A stretch of 64,000 nucleotides of DNA. Origin: Methanotrichaceae archaeon (lineage in GTDB: Archaea; Halobacteriota; Methanosarcinia; Methanotrichales; Methanotrichaceae). The position numbers were made by a program, and so were the translations under genes. Under the pieces are notes generated by a model. The model had not been told where the DNA came from. It ran no database searches and saw only the letters and a list, made by a program, of their open reading frames with translations. Where the stretch lies: positions 1 through 64,000 of the forward strand of contig CAVVKN010000007.1 of NCBI GenBank assembly GCA_963748825.1, in the 5' to 3' direction. Position 1 is the stretch's first letter. Every line of letters begins with the position of its first letter. This document shows positions 9,619 to 18,222 of this stretch, piece by piece.

Positions 9619-9674
9619 GCGCTCGCAGGCCCCCCGAGCGGCCACGCGCCCGCCTGCCCGCGCGCGGGAAGCCC
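9619..9674 (+). repeat. GC-rich dispersed hairpin motif, copy 4
   Basis: gcgctcgcaggccccccgagcggccacgcgcccgcctgcccgcgcgcgggaagccc. Confidence 0.85.
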
Positions 9675-9744
9675 TGTGCTGGCGTTCCTGGCCAGCAGAA
9701 GATGTTGCCTAACTTATTGTCCACCCGGAGGGGTTCATTCCGTT

Positions 9745-10464
9745 TCAGCTCTCCTCGTAAATCGGCTTTTCCGGCACCAGATAGATCGTCCAGAAGACCA
9801 GTATGGTAACGATTGCTTTAACGATGATGTTGGTCCAGATCATCTGCTGCAAGCCTTCCGCACCCACAACCCCGGCAAAAGCGATGATGGGAAAGATCAG
9901 GCTATCCACGGGAATGGAGACGGAATTGGAAGCAAACACCCGCGTCCATTGCGGCCATTTTTCCCTGCCGCCACGAGTCCAGAGTTGATAGACTTTCGTG
10001 TCAATCAGCTCTGCAATGAGCGCCGTCAGGATGGATGCCAATACAATCCTCATCTGCAGGGAAAAAAGAAATTCCCAGGCAATCTGCCCTCCGCTATTCG
10101 CCCAATCGGTCTGCGCCGGCAGCAGGACAACCAGCTGAAAATAAAGAGCCGCGAGCAGGTTGACGGCTGCCGACAGCCAGATAGTGGTGACTGCCGCCTT
10201 CTGGCCGAGCTGCTTGTGGATCAGGTCGCGCCAGGTGAAGGTTAAAGAGTAAATGAAGCCGGCGTCCATGACCAGGCCGCCGAAGTAGGTGACCTTGGTG
10301 GCGGCAATGTTGCCTGCCAGGGCGAAGAAGAGGTAAAGACCGGAGAGAATTATGGTGGCCTGAGTCCGATCAATCCCTAATTTGCCGCCCTTAATCCGGT
10401 TCTCATCCGCTCTCTTCGTCCTCTGGCCCTCACATTCGCCCTGGCCCTCTGCCTTTATCTGCAT
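9745..10464 (-). CDS. yhhQ: Queuosine-precursor transporter (YhhQ/VUT family)
   Basis: NIAATK, G..IYSLTFTWRDLIHK..G, RIVLASI.A..IAE..D and R...SN.VS..VDS.IF..IAF motifs; 1 bp downstream of tgt. Confidence 0.88.
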   Translation of the reverse strand: MQIKAEGQGECEGQRTKRADENRIKGGKLGIDRTQATIILSGLYLFFALAGNIAATKVTYFGGLVMDAGFIYSLTFTWRDLIHKQLGQKAAVTTIWLSAAVNLLAALYFQLVVLLPAQTDWANSGGQIAWEFLFSLQMRIVLASILTALIAELIDTKVYQLWTRGGREKWPQWTRVFASNSVSIPVDSLIFPIIAFAGVVGAEGLQQMIWTNIIVKAIVTILVFWTIYLVPEKPIYEES

Positions 10465-10465
10465 T

Positions 10466-11830
10466 CTAAATCTTTCTCAGCCATTTTTCTTTCAGTTCCG
10501 CAAATGTACCTGTTCGTATGCTTTCCCTGACCTCTTCCATGAAGCGGAGCATGAAATGGAGATTATGAAGCGTTGCCAGCCGGAAATAGGACAGCTCCCT
10601 GGAGACATAAAGATGGCGAAGGTATGCTCGCGTGTAGGTGCGGCAGGTCGAGCAGGAGCAGTTGGGATCAACGGGCTGCTCGTCCTCTTTGAATTTAGCT
10701 GTTTTGATATTTATGTGGAACTTGTTCTCTTGCGATCCGCCTGCCTGAGGCGAGAGCAAGAGGCTTCCCCGGCGAGCGATTCTGGTGGGCGAGACGCAGT
10801 CGAAGGTATCGATTCCTCGCGCCACGCATTCAAATATGTCGTCGATCTCGCCTATGCCTAAGAGATGGCGCGGCCGGTCGTCATCCAGTCGGGGAATGGT
10901 CCAGTCCAGGACCTGATGCATATCCTGCTTACTGTTTCCCAGCGAGCCCCCAATGGCGATGCCGTCAAAAGGCTGGGCTGAGATGGCCTCTGTGCTTTCC
11001 CGCCTCAAGTCATCAAACCATCCCCCCTGAATTATGCCATAGAGAGCTTGATTCTTATCGTGGTATCGAATAGACTCTTCCGCCCAATCATGGGTCCTTA
11101 GCATGGCTTTTCTGGTGTAATCGTAATCTGAGAGGGGTGAAGTGCATTCGTCAAATGCCATGATGATATCCGTTCCAAGATTGGACTGAATCTTCATCGA
11201 CTTTTCCGCATTCAAAAAATGCCAGGCTCCGTCGGCAAGGGACTTGAAGGAGATGCCCTCATCAGTAATCCGAGTCAAATTCTCCTTCTTCACCGCCTTC
11301 TGCCTTTCTTTTTCATTTACCCTGTATCCTATGCCACTCGAACTCCCATTCTCCCCTTCCGCGCAATTATCATCATATTTTTTCCTGTAATCTTTAAAAA
11401 TCTCCGCTTGATCGCAATCGTTGTGAAGACATTCTTCAGGCTCAGGGCATTTGCCACCTGATCCCAGCTCTTGCGGGAAGATGTTGCCGATCTTGCTGAT
11501 GTTATGCTCTCTGGCAAAGCCTAACGAGAAGGCCTGAAAGCCACCGGAATCGGAGAACAGGGGCCGTTCAAATCCCATGAACCGGTGCAGCCCACCCAGT
11601 CGCTTTATCAGCTCATCGCCCGGCTTCAAGTGAAGATGGTAGGTATTGGCAAGGGTGCACTGCACGCCTAAACTGAGCAGGTCGTCGGAGCCCAGAGCTC
11701 TCACGCTGCCCATTGTTGCCACCGGAACCAGGTAGGGCGTCTGTATATCTCCCCGCCTGGTTTTTATCAGCCCCAGCCTGGCTTTCGTTTCTTTATCCTG
11801 CTTTAAGATCTCAAAAGATAGTGCGCTCAT
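10466..11830 (-). CDS. tgt: Bacterial-type tRNA-guanine(34) transglycosylase
   Basis: ANTYHL, DSGGFQ, MAFDECT, IIQGG, AIGGSLG, RPRHLLGIG, DTFDCVSPTR and CxCxxC...HN zinc site; no archaeal C-terminal PUA domains. Confidence 0.95.
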   Translation of the reverse strand: MSALSFEILKQDKETKARLGLIKTRRGDIQTPYLVPVATMGSVRALGSDDLLSLGVQCTLANTYHLHLKPGDELIKRLGGLHRFMGFERPLFSDSGGFQAFSLGFAREHNISKIGNIFPQELGSGGKCPEPEECLHNDCDQAEIFKDYRKKYDDNCAEGENGSSSGIGYRVNEKERQKAVKKENLTRITDEGISFKSLADGAWHFLNAEKSMKIQSNLGTDIIMAFDECTSPLSDYDYTRKAMLRTHDWAEESIRYHDKNQALYGIIQGGWFDDLRRESTEAISAQPFDGIAIGGSLGNSKQDMHQVLDWTIPRLDDDRPRHLLGIGEIDDIFECVARGIDTFDCVSPTRIARRGSLLLSPQAGGSQENKFHINIKTAKFKEDEQPVDPNCSCSTCRTYTRAYLRHLYVSRELSYFRLATLHNLHFMLRFMEEVRESIRTGTFAELKEKWLRKI

Positions 11831-11983
11831 TTCCTATTACCTGAATGCAATCATTACTGCTATCGTGCCCAGGCCTCCTGCGGTTAGCAGGCGGAAAAAG
11901 CTTTTGCATGACTTGCGCATAACAAGGCATCAGAAAAAACATTGATATACTCCTCAAGGATGTAATAAGGTCGAGGTTTATCG

Positions 11984-12478
11984 ATGAGCGTGCACAGCGG
12001 CGGAATTCTCTTATTCAGGTTTAAAGACAGCAAAATGGAAGTGCTGCTTGTCCATCCTGGTGGCCCTTTCTGGTTTGGGAAGGATGTTGGTGCCTGGTCG
12101 ATACCCAAAGGGGTGTTTGAAGAGCAGGAGAGCCCGCTAGAGGCCGCAAAAAGGGAATTCAAAGAGGAAACCGGCTCTGAGGTTACAGGGCGGTTCACAA
12201 ACCTTGGCACGATAAGGCAGCCCAGCAAAAAGATTGTGCACGTGTGGGCACTTCAATCGGATTTAGATGCAACTTTAGCCACGAGCAATAAATTCACCAT
12301 GGAATGGCCGAAAAAATCAGGAATCATGAGAGAATTTCCAGAGGCCGATAAAGCCGAATGGTTTGATATTGAGAAAGCCAGGAAAAAGATCCTGAAAGGG
12401 CAAGCCGGTTTTATTGATAGACTCCTGGAAGCTGTCAATCATGAGCCAAAAAAAGAAGCTATTGCAGAGCTTTCTTAA
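11984..12478 (+). CDS. NUDIX hydrolase
   Basis: LLVHPGGPFW...WSIPKG...AAKREFKEETG Nudix box. Confidence 0.92.
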   Translation: MSVHSGGILLFRFKDSKMEVLLVHPGGPFWFGKDVGAWSIPKGVFEEQESPLEAAKREFKEETGSEVTGRFTNLGTIRQPSKKIVHVWALQSDLDATLATSNKFTMEWPKKSGIMREFPEADKAEWFDIEKARKKILKGQAGFIDRLLEAVNHEPKKEAIAELS

Positions 12479-13160
12479 CCTTTTCCACCAGCTCCGCCTG
12501 GATGGCGCTCCTGCGATCTCCACCGCAAACGATGCCCCTTACGCCGATGATGTCCGGCTGCAACCGTCTGAGAAGCTCCAGGTGGGCGAAACTGATGCTT
12601 CCGGCAATTGCCACCTCCAGACCGACGGCATGACCCAGAGCAATGAAATCCAGCAGATCCTGCTCGCTCATGAAATCAAAGGTCGACTTTCCGTCTTTGA
12701 CGGCCGTGTCCACCATGACCAGGTCTGCGCCGGCTTTGGCGGCAGCTGCGGGCAGGAGCCGGGGCGAGATGGATCCGACTCGGGCGTAGTCGGAGTAGCC
12801 TGATGCAACTACCTTCTTCCCGGCATCGAAGTCCTTGACCGCTCGCACAATGCCCACCAGCATCTCTTCCGCCTGGGAAGGAGTTTTCACTCCCAAAAGG
12901 CCCGCCTTTACGTACTCGGCGCCGGAGACAGCTGCGCCTAAAGCCGCCAGGCTCGCTGTGCCCGGTTTGAATTCCAGGTCGCCGATGGTGGCGGAAACCG
13001 GCACCTTGCCTCTGGCCAGGTCTGCCACGGCCCGGATGGCCCAGGGAAAGTTCGCGCCAAGTGACCCCTCTTTGGGGTTCTTCACGTCTAAAATGTCTGC
13101 ACCGCCGGCCAGGGCCGCTTGTGCTTCAACAATATTCATAGGGCTAACCAACAATCTCAT
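12459..13160 (-). CDS. mfnB: (5-formylfuran-3-yl)methyl phosphate synthase (methanofuran biosynthesis)
   Basis: MRLLVSP...GGADILDVKNPKEGSLGANFPW, SATIGD, DTAVKDG, DIIGVRG motifs; start trimmed to ATG at 13160. Confidence 0.92.
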   Translation of the reverse strand: MRLLVSPMNIVEAQAALAGGADILDVKNPKEGSLGANFPWAIRAVADLARGKVPVSATIGDLEFKPGTASLAALGAAVSGAEYVKAGLLGVKTPSQAEEMLVGIVRAVKDFDAGKKVVASGYSDYARVGSISPRLLPAAAAKAGADLVMVDTAVKDGKSTFDFMSEQDLLDFIALGHAVGLEVAIAGSISFAHLELLRRLQPDIIGVRGIVCGGDRRSAIQAELVEKVKKALQ

Positions 13161-13187
13161 ATTCATCCAATCCCGAAAGGAGCAGTC

Positions 13188-13877
13188 GTGCGATGCATCT
13201 TCGTCCTCGATATACTTAATGGTGCTGTTGTCCATGCCGTGCGAGGAGAGAGAAGCCGTTATGAGCCTGTAACTGGCTTTTCCCATATCGTGTCCACATC
13301 GGAGCCGCTGGGCATTCTGCAAGAGCTTCGCCCCAGGGAGGTTTACATCGCCGACCTTAACCTGCTGACAGGCCGGGGCGATAATCTGGCGGTCATAGAA
13401 AAGATATCAACCGTGGCCAGGACCATGGCCGATACGGGGATTTCGAAGGCTGGCGATCTGGATCGTCTGCCTGCATCAATCTCACCGGTACTGGGCACGG
13501 AGACGGCCTCGCTTCAGCTCATCGAAGAGGCGGCAAGAGAATGCAAGATAGTAGTAAGCGTCGATATGATGAAAAGGAAGGTGCTGGCCCGCGATCCCGA
13601 ACTGGCCGGGCAGACGCCTTTGCAGCTCTTGCAGATGTTAAATGGCCTGAAGCTGGAGGGCGTTATCCTTCTGGAGCTGGATAGAGTGGGCACATCTGTT
13701 GGACTAGATGAACAGTTTTTGGTGGAGGCAGCAGCAGCCACTAAGCATCCCCTCATACTGGGAGGCGGCGTGAAGGGGGAAGAAGACCTGATGGCTTTGG
13801 AAGAGATGGGCTTTTCGGGAGCACTGCTGGCCACAGCACTGCACAATGGCAGAATACCTGTAGCGCGAGTGCAGTGA
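13188..13877 (+). CDS. HisA/HisF-related TIM-barrel protein (C1-cofactor associated)
   Basis: VLDILNGAVVHAVRGERSRY, YIADLN, LDRVGT and GGGV...ATALHNG; GTG start after AGGAG; divergent from mfnB. Confidence 0.85.
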   Translation: MRCIFVLDILNGAVVHAVRGERSRYEPVTGFSHIVSTSEPLGILQELRPREVYIADLNLLTGRGDNLAVIEKISTVARTMADTGISKAGDLDRLPASISPVLGTETASLQLIEEAARECKIVVSVDMMKRKVLARDPELAGQTPLQLLQMLNGLKLEGVILLELDRVGTSVGLDEQFLVEAAAATKHPLILGGGVKGEEDLMALEEMGFSGALLATALHNGRIPVARVQ

Positions 13878-14195
13878 TCTGGCAATCCCTATTCTTGCAA
13901 GAAAACACGATTAATTTTACAAAAGAACTGGTTTATTGCATCATCCAGGCAGGGCAAGGTTCATCGCATGTTTCAACAGAAATGCACGGTAGCCCACGTA
14001 GTGCACTTTTGAGCCTGAGATGGTAATCTGAGCTTCATTAATGGTGACATGTACTCTCTGGCTAGAAAAGGATTTAGGTCTGGGGATAGTTGCCCGGATG
14101 ATTGGAAGGAAAAAGAGATGACTCTATCCATCTTATCCAGGCGTGGCATGGTTGGATAGATAAGTACATAAAAATATATAAAATTATTGGTTATT

Positions 14196-14933
14196 TTACA
14201 GCTTGCGATGGCAGAACCACCAGTCTTCGCAGACCATATCTCCACTCGTCTTCCTGGTAGCCGCGGTCTTTTCATCGCCGGGAGGCGGAATGATCACCTG
14301 ATCGCCTATCAGCTCGTTGTTAGGCCAGTTAGCGGGAGCTGCTACCTTGTTCTTGTCCACAACCTGCAAAGCCTTTACTGCCCTCACGATCTCATCCATA
14401 TTTCTGCCCACTTCCTGGGGATAGAAGAGGATCAGCCGGACGGTTGCCTCCGGGTCAATGACGAACACCGCCCGAACGGTATTGCTGGCTTTTCCAGGAT
14501 GGATCATGCCCATTCTCTGTGCAATCTTTCCCTGATCGTCGGCAATGATGGGGAACTTGATCTCTACATTCAGATTTTCCTTGATCCACTGTGTCCACTT
14601 CATGTGGGAGAAGACCTGATCAATGGAAAGGCCGATGAGCTCGCAATTGAGCTTCTCAAACTCCCCTCGCCTCTTTTCAAAGGCCACAAATTCCGTTGTG
14701 CAGACAGGCGTAAAGTCTGCAGGATGGCTGAAGAACACAAACCATTTTCCTGCGAAGGCATCGGGCAATGTCATCATGCCATGAGTGGTCTTCACCTCCA
14801 TCCTGGGCATCTTGTCCCCAATAAGCGGAAAGCCACCCTCGCATCCACACATATTATGCATCATTCCCATATGCTTCATTCCCATTCCGCCCATTTCCAT
14901 ATGTTTTCCCATCGGCATTTCCATCTGACACAT
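14196..14933 (-). CDS. Peroxiredoxin (Prx6/archaeal type) with Met/His/Cys-rich N-terminal extension
   Basis: [36 protein letters not shown] and C.DWWFC motifs. Confidence 0.95.
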   Translation of the reverse strand: MCQMEMPMGKHMEMGGMGMKHMGMMHNMCGCEGGFPLIGDKMPRMEVKTTHGMMTLPDAFAGKWFVFFSHPADFTPVCTTEFVAFEKRRGEFEKLNCELIGLSIDQVFSHMKWTQWIKENLNVEIKFPIIADDQGKIAQRMGMIHPGKASNTVRAVFVIDPEATVRLILFYPQEVGRNMDEIVRAVKALQVVDKNKVAAPANWPNNELIGDQVIIPPPGDEKTAATRKTSGDMVCEDWWFCHRKL

Positions 14934-15198
14934 GTATTTTACCTCATTTCTGATTAGATTATGATGTTATTACAACTATGATATTTACGGTCAACCCACT
15001 AATTAAGGGTTACTATCATCAGGTGAGCAAAAATGATCCTATACAGACTTTAGGGTCGGTTTTCATGCAGCACCAGAGGAGAAATATGAAAAATGCGCGA
15101 AAAAATTGACGGTCCTTTGATTCTATTCATGAATACGGCTTGAGCCAATTTTATTTGCCGCAATTCATCGAGATTAAGATAAGATGCAAGCGTAGGGC

Positions 15199-15513
15199 TC
15201 ACGCTTTTACAGGAATCGTCCCCTTTCCCGGCTCATAACCTCTAGAGTTTGCCGAAAATCTATCCGGAGCCATGGACCCAGGATAAACGACAGCTCTTTT
15301 AGCCAGAGCATTCCAGCATCCTCGGCAGTCTAGCTTTTTCTCCAGTTCTTCAGCTACCCAGGCGGGTGCATTAGACTGCCTTATCTCGGCTAGGATTAAA
15401 TGCTTCATGATACTGCAATCTCGTTCATCCTCTGCATCACAGGTGTGTTCAAAAAAAATGCCCATTAGATCGATGCTCGGCTTTTTGGATCCTTCCTCAG
15501 CGGATTTGCCCAT
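15199..15513 (-). CDS. Hypothetical protein (104 aa, Cys-containing)
   Basis: ATG ORF in an intergenic gap; CxxC (CRGC) present; no family recognised. Confidence 0.5.
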   Translation of the reverse strand: MGKSAEEGSKKPSIDLMGIFFEHTCDAEDERDCSIMKHLILAEIRQSNAPAWVAEELEKKLDCRGCWNALAKRAVVYPGSMAPDRFSANSRGYEPGKGTIPVKA

Positions 15514-15637
15514 ATCTTTTAACCCCAGCAGTTTTCACTTGGCCTGTGTGTAACTATTAAGCGTTATAAAACTATATAATCCTTGCCACCAATCCACTAA
15601 CTTGATAACCCATAAAGCGGCATAAAGGCTCGCAAAG

Positions 15638-16819
15638 GTGCCGGCCCTGTCCAACATCATTCCCAACTTTGAGCTCTCTGTGGTCATGAGGCATATCGCC
15701 TACCGAAAGAGAGGCACTTTCCTCTCAGTGGCTGCTATTGCTTTAGCTGTCGCCATATCTCTGATATCCGTCTCCATGCAGGATGGATTTCAGGGTATGC
15801 TTTTTGACATAATCGTCGAGGATCTTCCTCACGTCACAGTCACACCCAGGGAAGGGGATGACTACATCTACCTTTACAAGAGCCTCATGGACAGGATATG
15901 GTCCATTCCAGGTGTGATTGCCGTCTCGCCCAGCCTCGGCAGTGAGGTGACATTCACCTACAAGGATAACGTGGAAAGCGTTGCCCTTTCGGGCGTAAAT
16001 CCGGCTGATGTAGACAAAATATACCACATAGGAAAGTATGTCTTCAAGGGAGACCTCTCTTCCATCCAGAATGGCAAGAAGGTGGTCCTGGGGGAAAAAC
16101 TGGCAGATAGGCTGAAGGTCAAATTGGGACAGACGATCTTTGCCGGCATTCCCGATGAAGGAGGCAGCAGCCTTGTGGTCTCCGGGATCTTCAGACTGCC
16201 CACGGGATGGCCCGAGAATATCGCCTTCGTATCCCTTTCCACAGCCAGAGACTTCTCCGACAAAGGAGATGTGGTCTCATCCGTAGACATAAAGCTGGAG
16301 GATGTCTATTTGGCGGATGGCGTTGCCGCAAATCTGCAGGGGTACGGATACAAGGCAGAGAGTTGGCAGACGCTTTACCCTGAGATCTTGAAGACACTGG
16401 CCATAGAACAGTTTCAGAACCGGTTGATTATGCTATTGATAATGATAATAGCCGCCTTTGGAATTGGCAGCGTAATGTACATGCTGGTCAACGAGAAGAC
16501 CAGCGAGATTGGCATGTTCATGGCCATGGGGGCAAGCGGCAAAAACATCAGAAATATATTCCTGATGGAGAGCGGAATCTTGGGCTTGATGGGCGGAGTG
16601 CTGGGAGGCATCTTAGGCCTTCTCGTCGCCCTTTATCTGAAGAGCCTGGAGATCAAAATGGAAGCACCCGGTGGACAGGAGATTACTCTTCCCGTGGTGA
16701 TCAATGCAGGCAGCTTTCTGGCTATAGTGCTGGTGGCGGCAGCGCTCAGTGTGATTGCGGGTTTGTATCCAGCCTGGAAGGCATCCCGGCTTGATCCTGC
16801 TCTGGCTATTAACGGATGA
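15638..16819 (+). CDS. ABC transporter permease (LolE/MacB/FtsX family)
   Basis: N-terminal TM, periplasmic-type domain, EKTSEIG...A.GA and PAWKASRLDP motifs. Confidence 0.92.
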   Translation: MPALSNIIPNFELSVVMRHIAYRKRGTFLSVAAIALAVAISLISVSMQDGFQGMLFDIIVEDLPHVTVTPREGDDYIYLYKSLMDRIWSIPGVIAVSPSLGSEVTFTYKDNVESVALSGVNPADVDKIYHIGKYVFKGDLSSIQNGKKVVLGEKLADRLKVKLGQTIFAGIPDEGGSSLVVSGIFRLPTGWPENIAFVSLSTARDFSDKGDVVSSVDIKLEDVYLADGVAANLQGYGYKAESWQTLYPEILKTLAIEQFQNRLIMLLIMIIAAFGIGSVMYMLVNEKTSEIGMFMAMGASGKNIRNIFLMESGILGLMGGVLGGILGLLVALYLKSLEIKMEAPGGQEITLPVVINAGSFLAIVLVAAALSVIAGLYPAWKASRLDPALAING

Positions 16820-16833
16820 GTGAAGAGGATTAA

Positions 16834-17994
16834 ATGTATGAGTTTACAGTAGCCAGGAGTCATATCCTCAGAAATCCCAAGCTGGCATTCTTCACAATAG
16901 CCGCAGTGACGCTGGCCGTGGCAGTAATCGTTGTCTTCATGGGCCTTTTGGGCGGTTTTGAGGAGGAGATCATCACCACAACTGTAGAGAACAATCCTCA
17001 CATTTATGTCCAGCCCAAGTCAGACGAGAAGTACATCTACCTTTACAAGACAGTCTCCGCCCGTTTGTGGGATTATCCGGGAGTGGAAGCGGTCTCGGCA
17101 AGGCTGATTGGAAAAGCTGCAGCCAAGTACAAGGATAAAGTGAGAGGAGTCGAATTCCTGGGCGTCAATCCGGCTGATGAAGACCGGCTGATGAAGGTTC
17201 AGAAGGATATTGTCATCGGCAACTTTCAGGATCTGCAGAGCAGAAAGCTTTCCGCTTTTATGGGGACCAAGCTGGCCGAAGAGCTGAAGCTGCAGCCTGA
17301 AGATGATTTTATCCTCGCCAGAGGAAACATGTCCATGCGGCTGAGAGTTGCCGGCCTCTTTGAGACAGGCTCAGCTAAAGACAAGTCTCTGGTCTACATC
17401 CCTCTAGCGACTGCCCAGGATCTGGTGGGAAAAGGAGATGTGGTCTCCGAGGTTGACGTTCGGATAAAAGACATCTACCAGGCGCCTTACATCGTCTCCG
17501 ATCTCAACTCTAGATTTCGCTACCAATCCAAATCCTGGCAGGATATGAATGCCGACATCCTCAAACTGATCCAGACCCAGTCTTTTTTCTCCTGGATATT
17601 TTACCTACTGATTTTCATCATAGCTGGCTTTGGCATAGCCAACACCATGATAATGATAATAAGCAGGAGGACAAAGGAGATAGGCATTCTCATGGCTATG
17701 GGAGCCACTCGCTGGTCAATTCTCAAGATATTCATGCTGGAGAGCCTGATCCTGGCCCCGCCCGCTGCACTGCTGGGCAGCATCCTGGCCTTTTTGGCTG
17801 CCCGGCTCATCATGTCCTACGACATTCAGCTTCCCTCTGAGATCTACATGGTATCAAGGATGAACATAACCATGAAGCCGGAGTTCTTCATTTATGCCAT
17901 TGTCTTCGCCCTGACTGTGAACTTCGTGGCCGGGCTGTATCCTGCCTGGAAGGCCTCCCGCATGGACCCTGTGGAGGCGATTGGAAGCATATGA
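16834..17994 (+). CDS. ABC transporter permease (LolE/MacB/FtsX family), paralog
   Basis: RRTKEIGILMAMGA and PAWKASRMDPVEA motifs; paralog of the previous gene. Confidence 0.92.
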   Translation: MYEFTVARSHILRNPKLAFFTIAAVTLAVAVIVVFMGLLGGFEEEIITTTVENNPHIYVQPKSDEKYIYLYKTVSARLWDYPGVEAVSARLIGKAAAKYKDKVRGVEFLGVNPADEDRLMKVQKDIVIGNFQDLQSRKLSAFMGTKLAEELKLQPEDDFILARGNMSMRLRVAGLFETGSAKDKSLVYIPLATAQDLVGKGDVVSEVDVRIKDIYQAPYIVSDLNSRFRYQSKSWQDMNADILKLIQTQSFFSWIFYLLIFIIAGFGIANTMIMIISRRTKEIGILMAMGATRWSILKIFMLESLILAPPAALLGSILAFLAARLIMSYDIQLPSEIYMVSRMNITMKPEFFIYAIVFALTVNFVAGLYPAWKASRMDPVEAIGSI

Positions 17995-18222
17995 GATATA
18001 AGATACTATTAGGATTATACACTAAAATTGATAATTCAAGTGAGGACATAGGTAAAATACTTAAATGATAACTGGGTTTTATGATTATTAGTGATATTTG
18101 GCCCTTTGGCTGCAAAGGGAGTGGACTATTGCCGTGTTCTAAGAAGGCAGACCTTATCTTGATGGGATCGAGGCGGAGAAGCGCAAGTCCGCTGGTTAGC
18201 TCTATTTACGCTAATTGAGGAG

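Noticed and set aside
2975-9674. GC-rich repeats as a CRISPR array or canonical integron attC sites
   Set aside because: Spacing is 0.7-4.6 kb, copies are degenerate, there are no cas or intI genes in the window and no RYYYAAC/GTTRRRY boxes bound the motif
11280-11520. Tgt insertion as an intein
   Set aside because: Too short, and no C/S start with HN-C/S/T end or splicing blocks
14187-14957. Long antisense ORFs (also 27418-28278, 47276-48190, 48912-49835, 62533-63264)
   Set aside because: Shadows of well-supported genes on the opposite strand with no recognisable motifs
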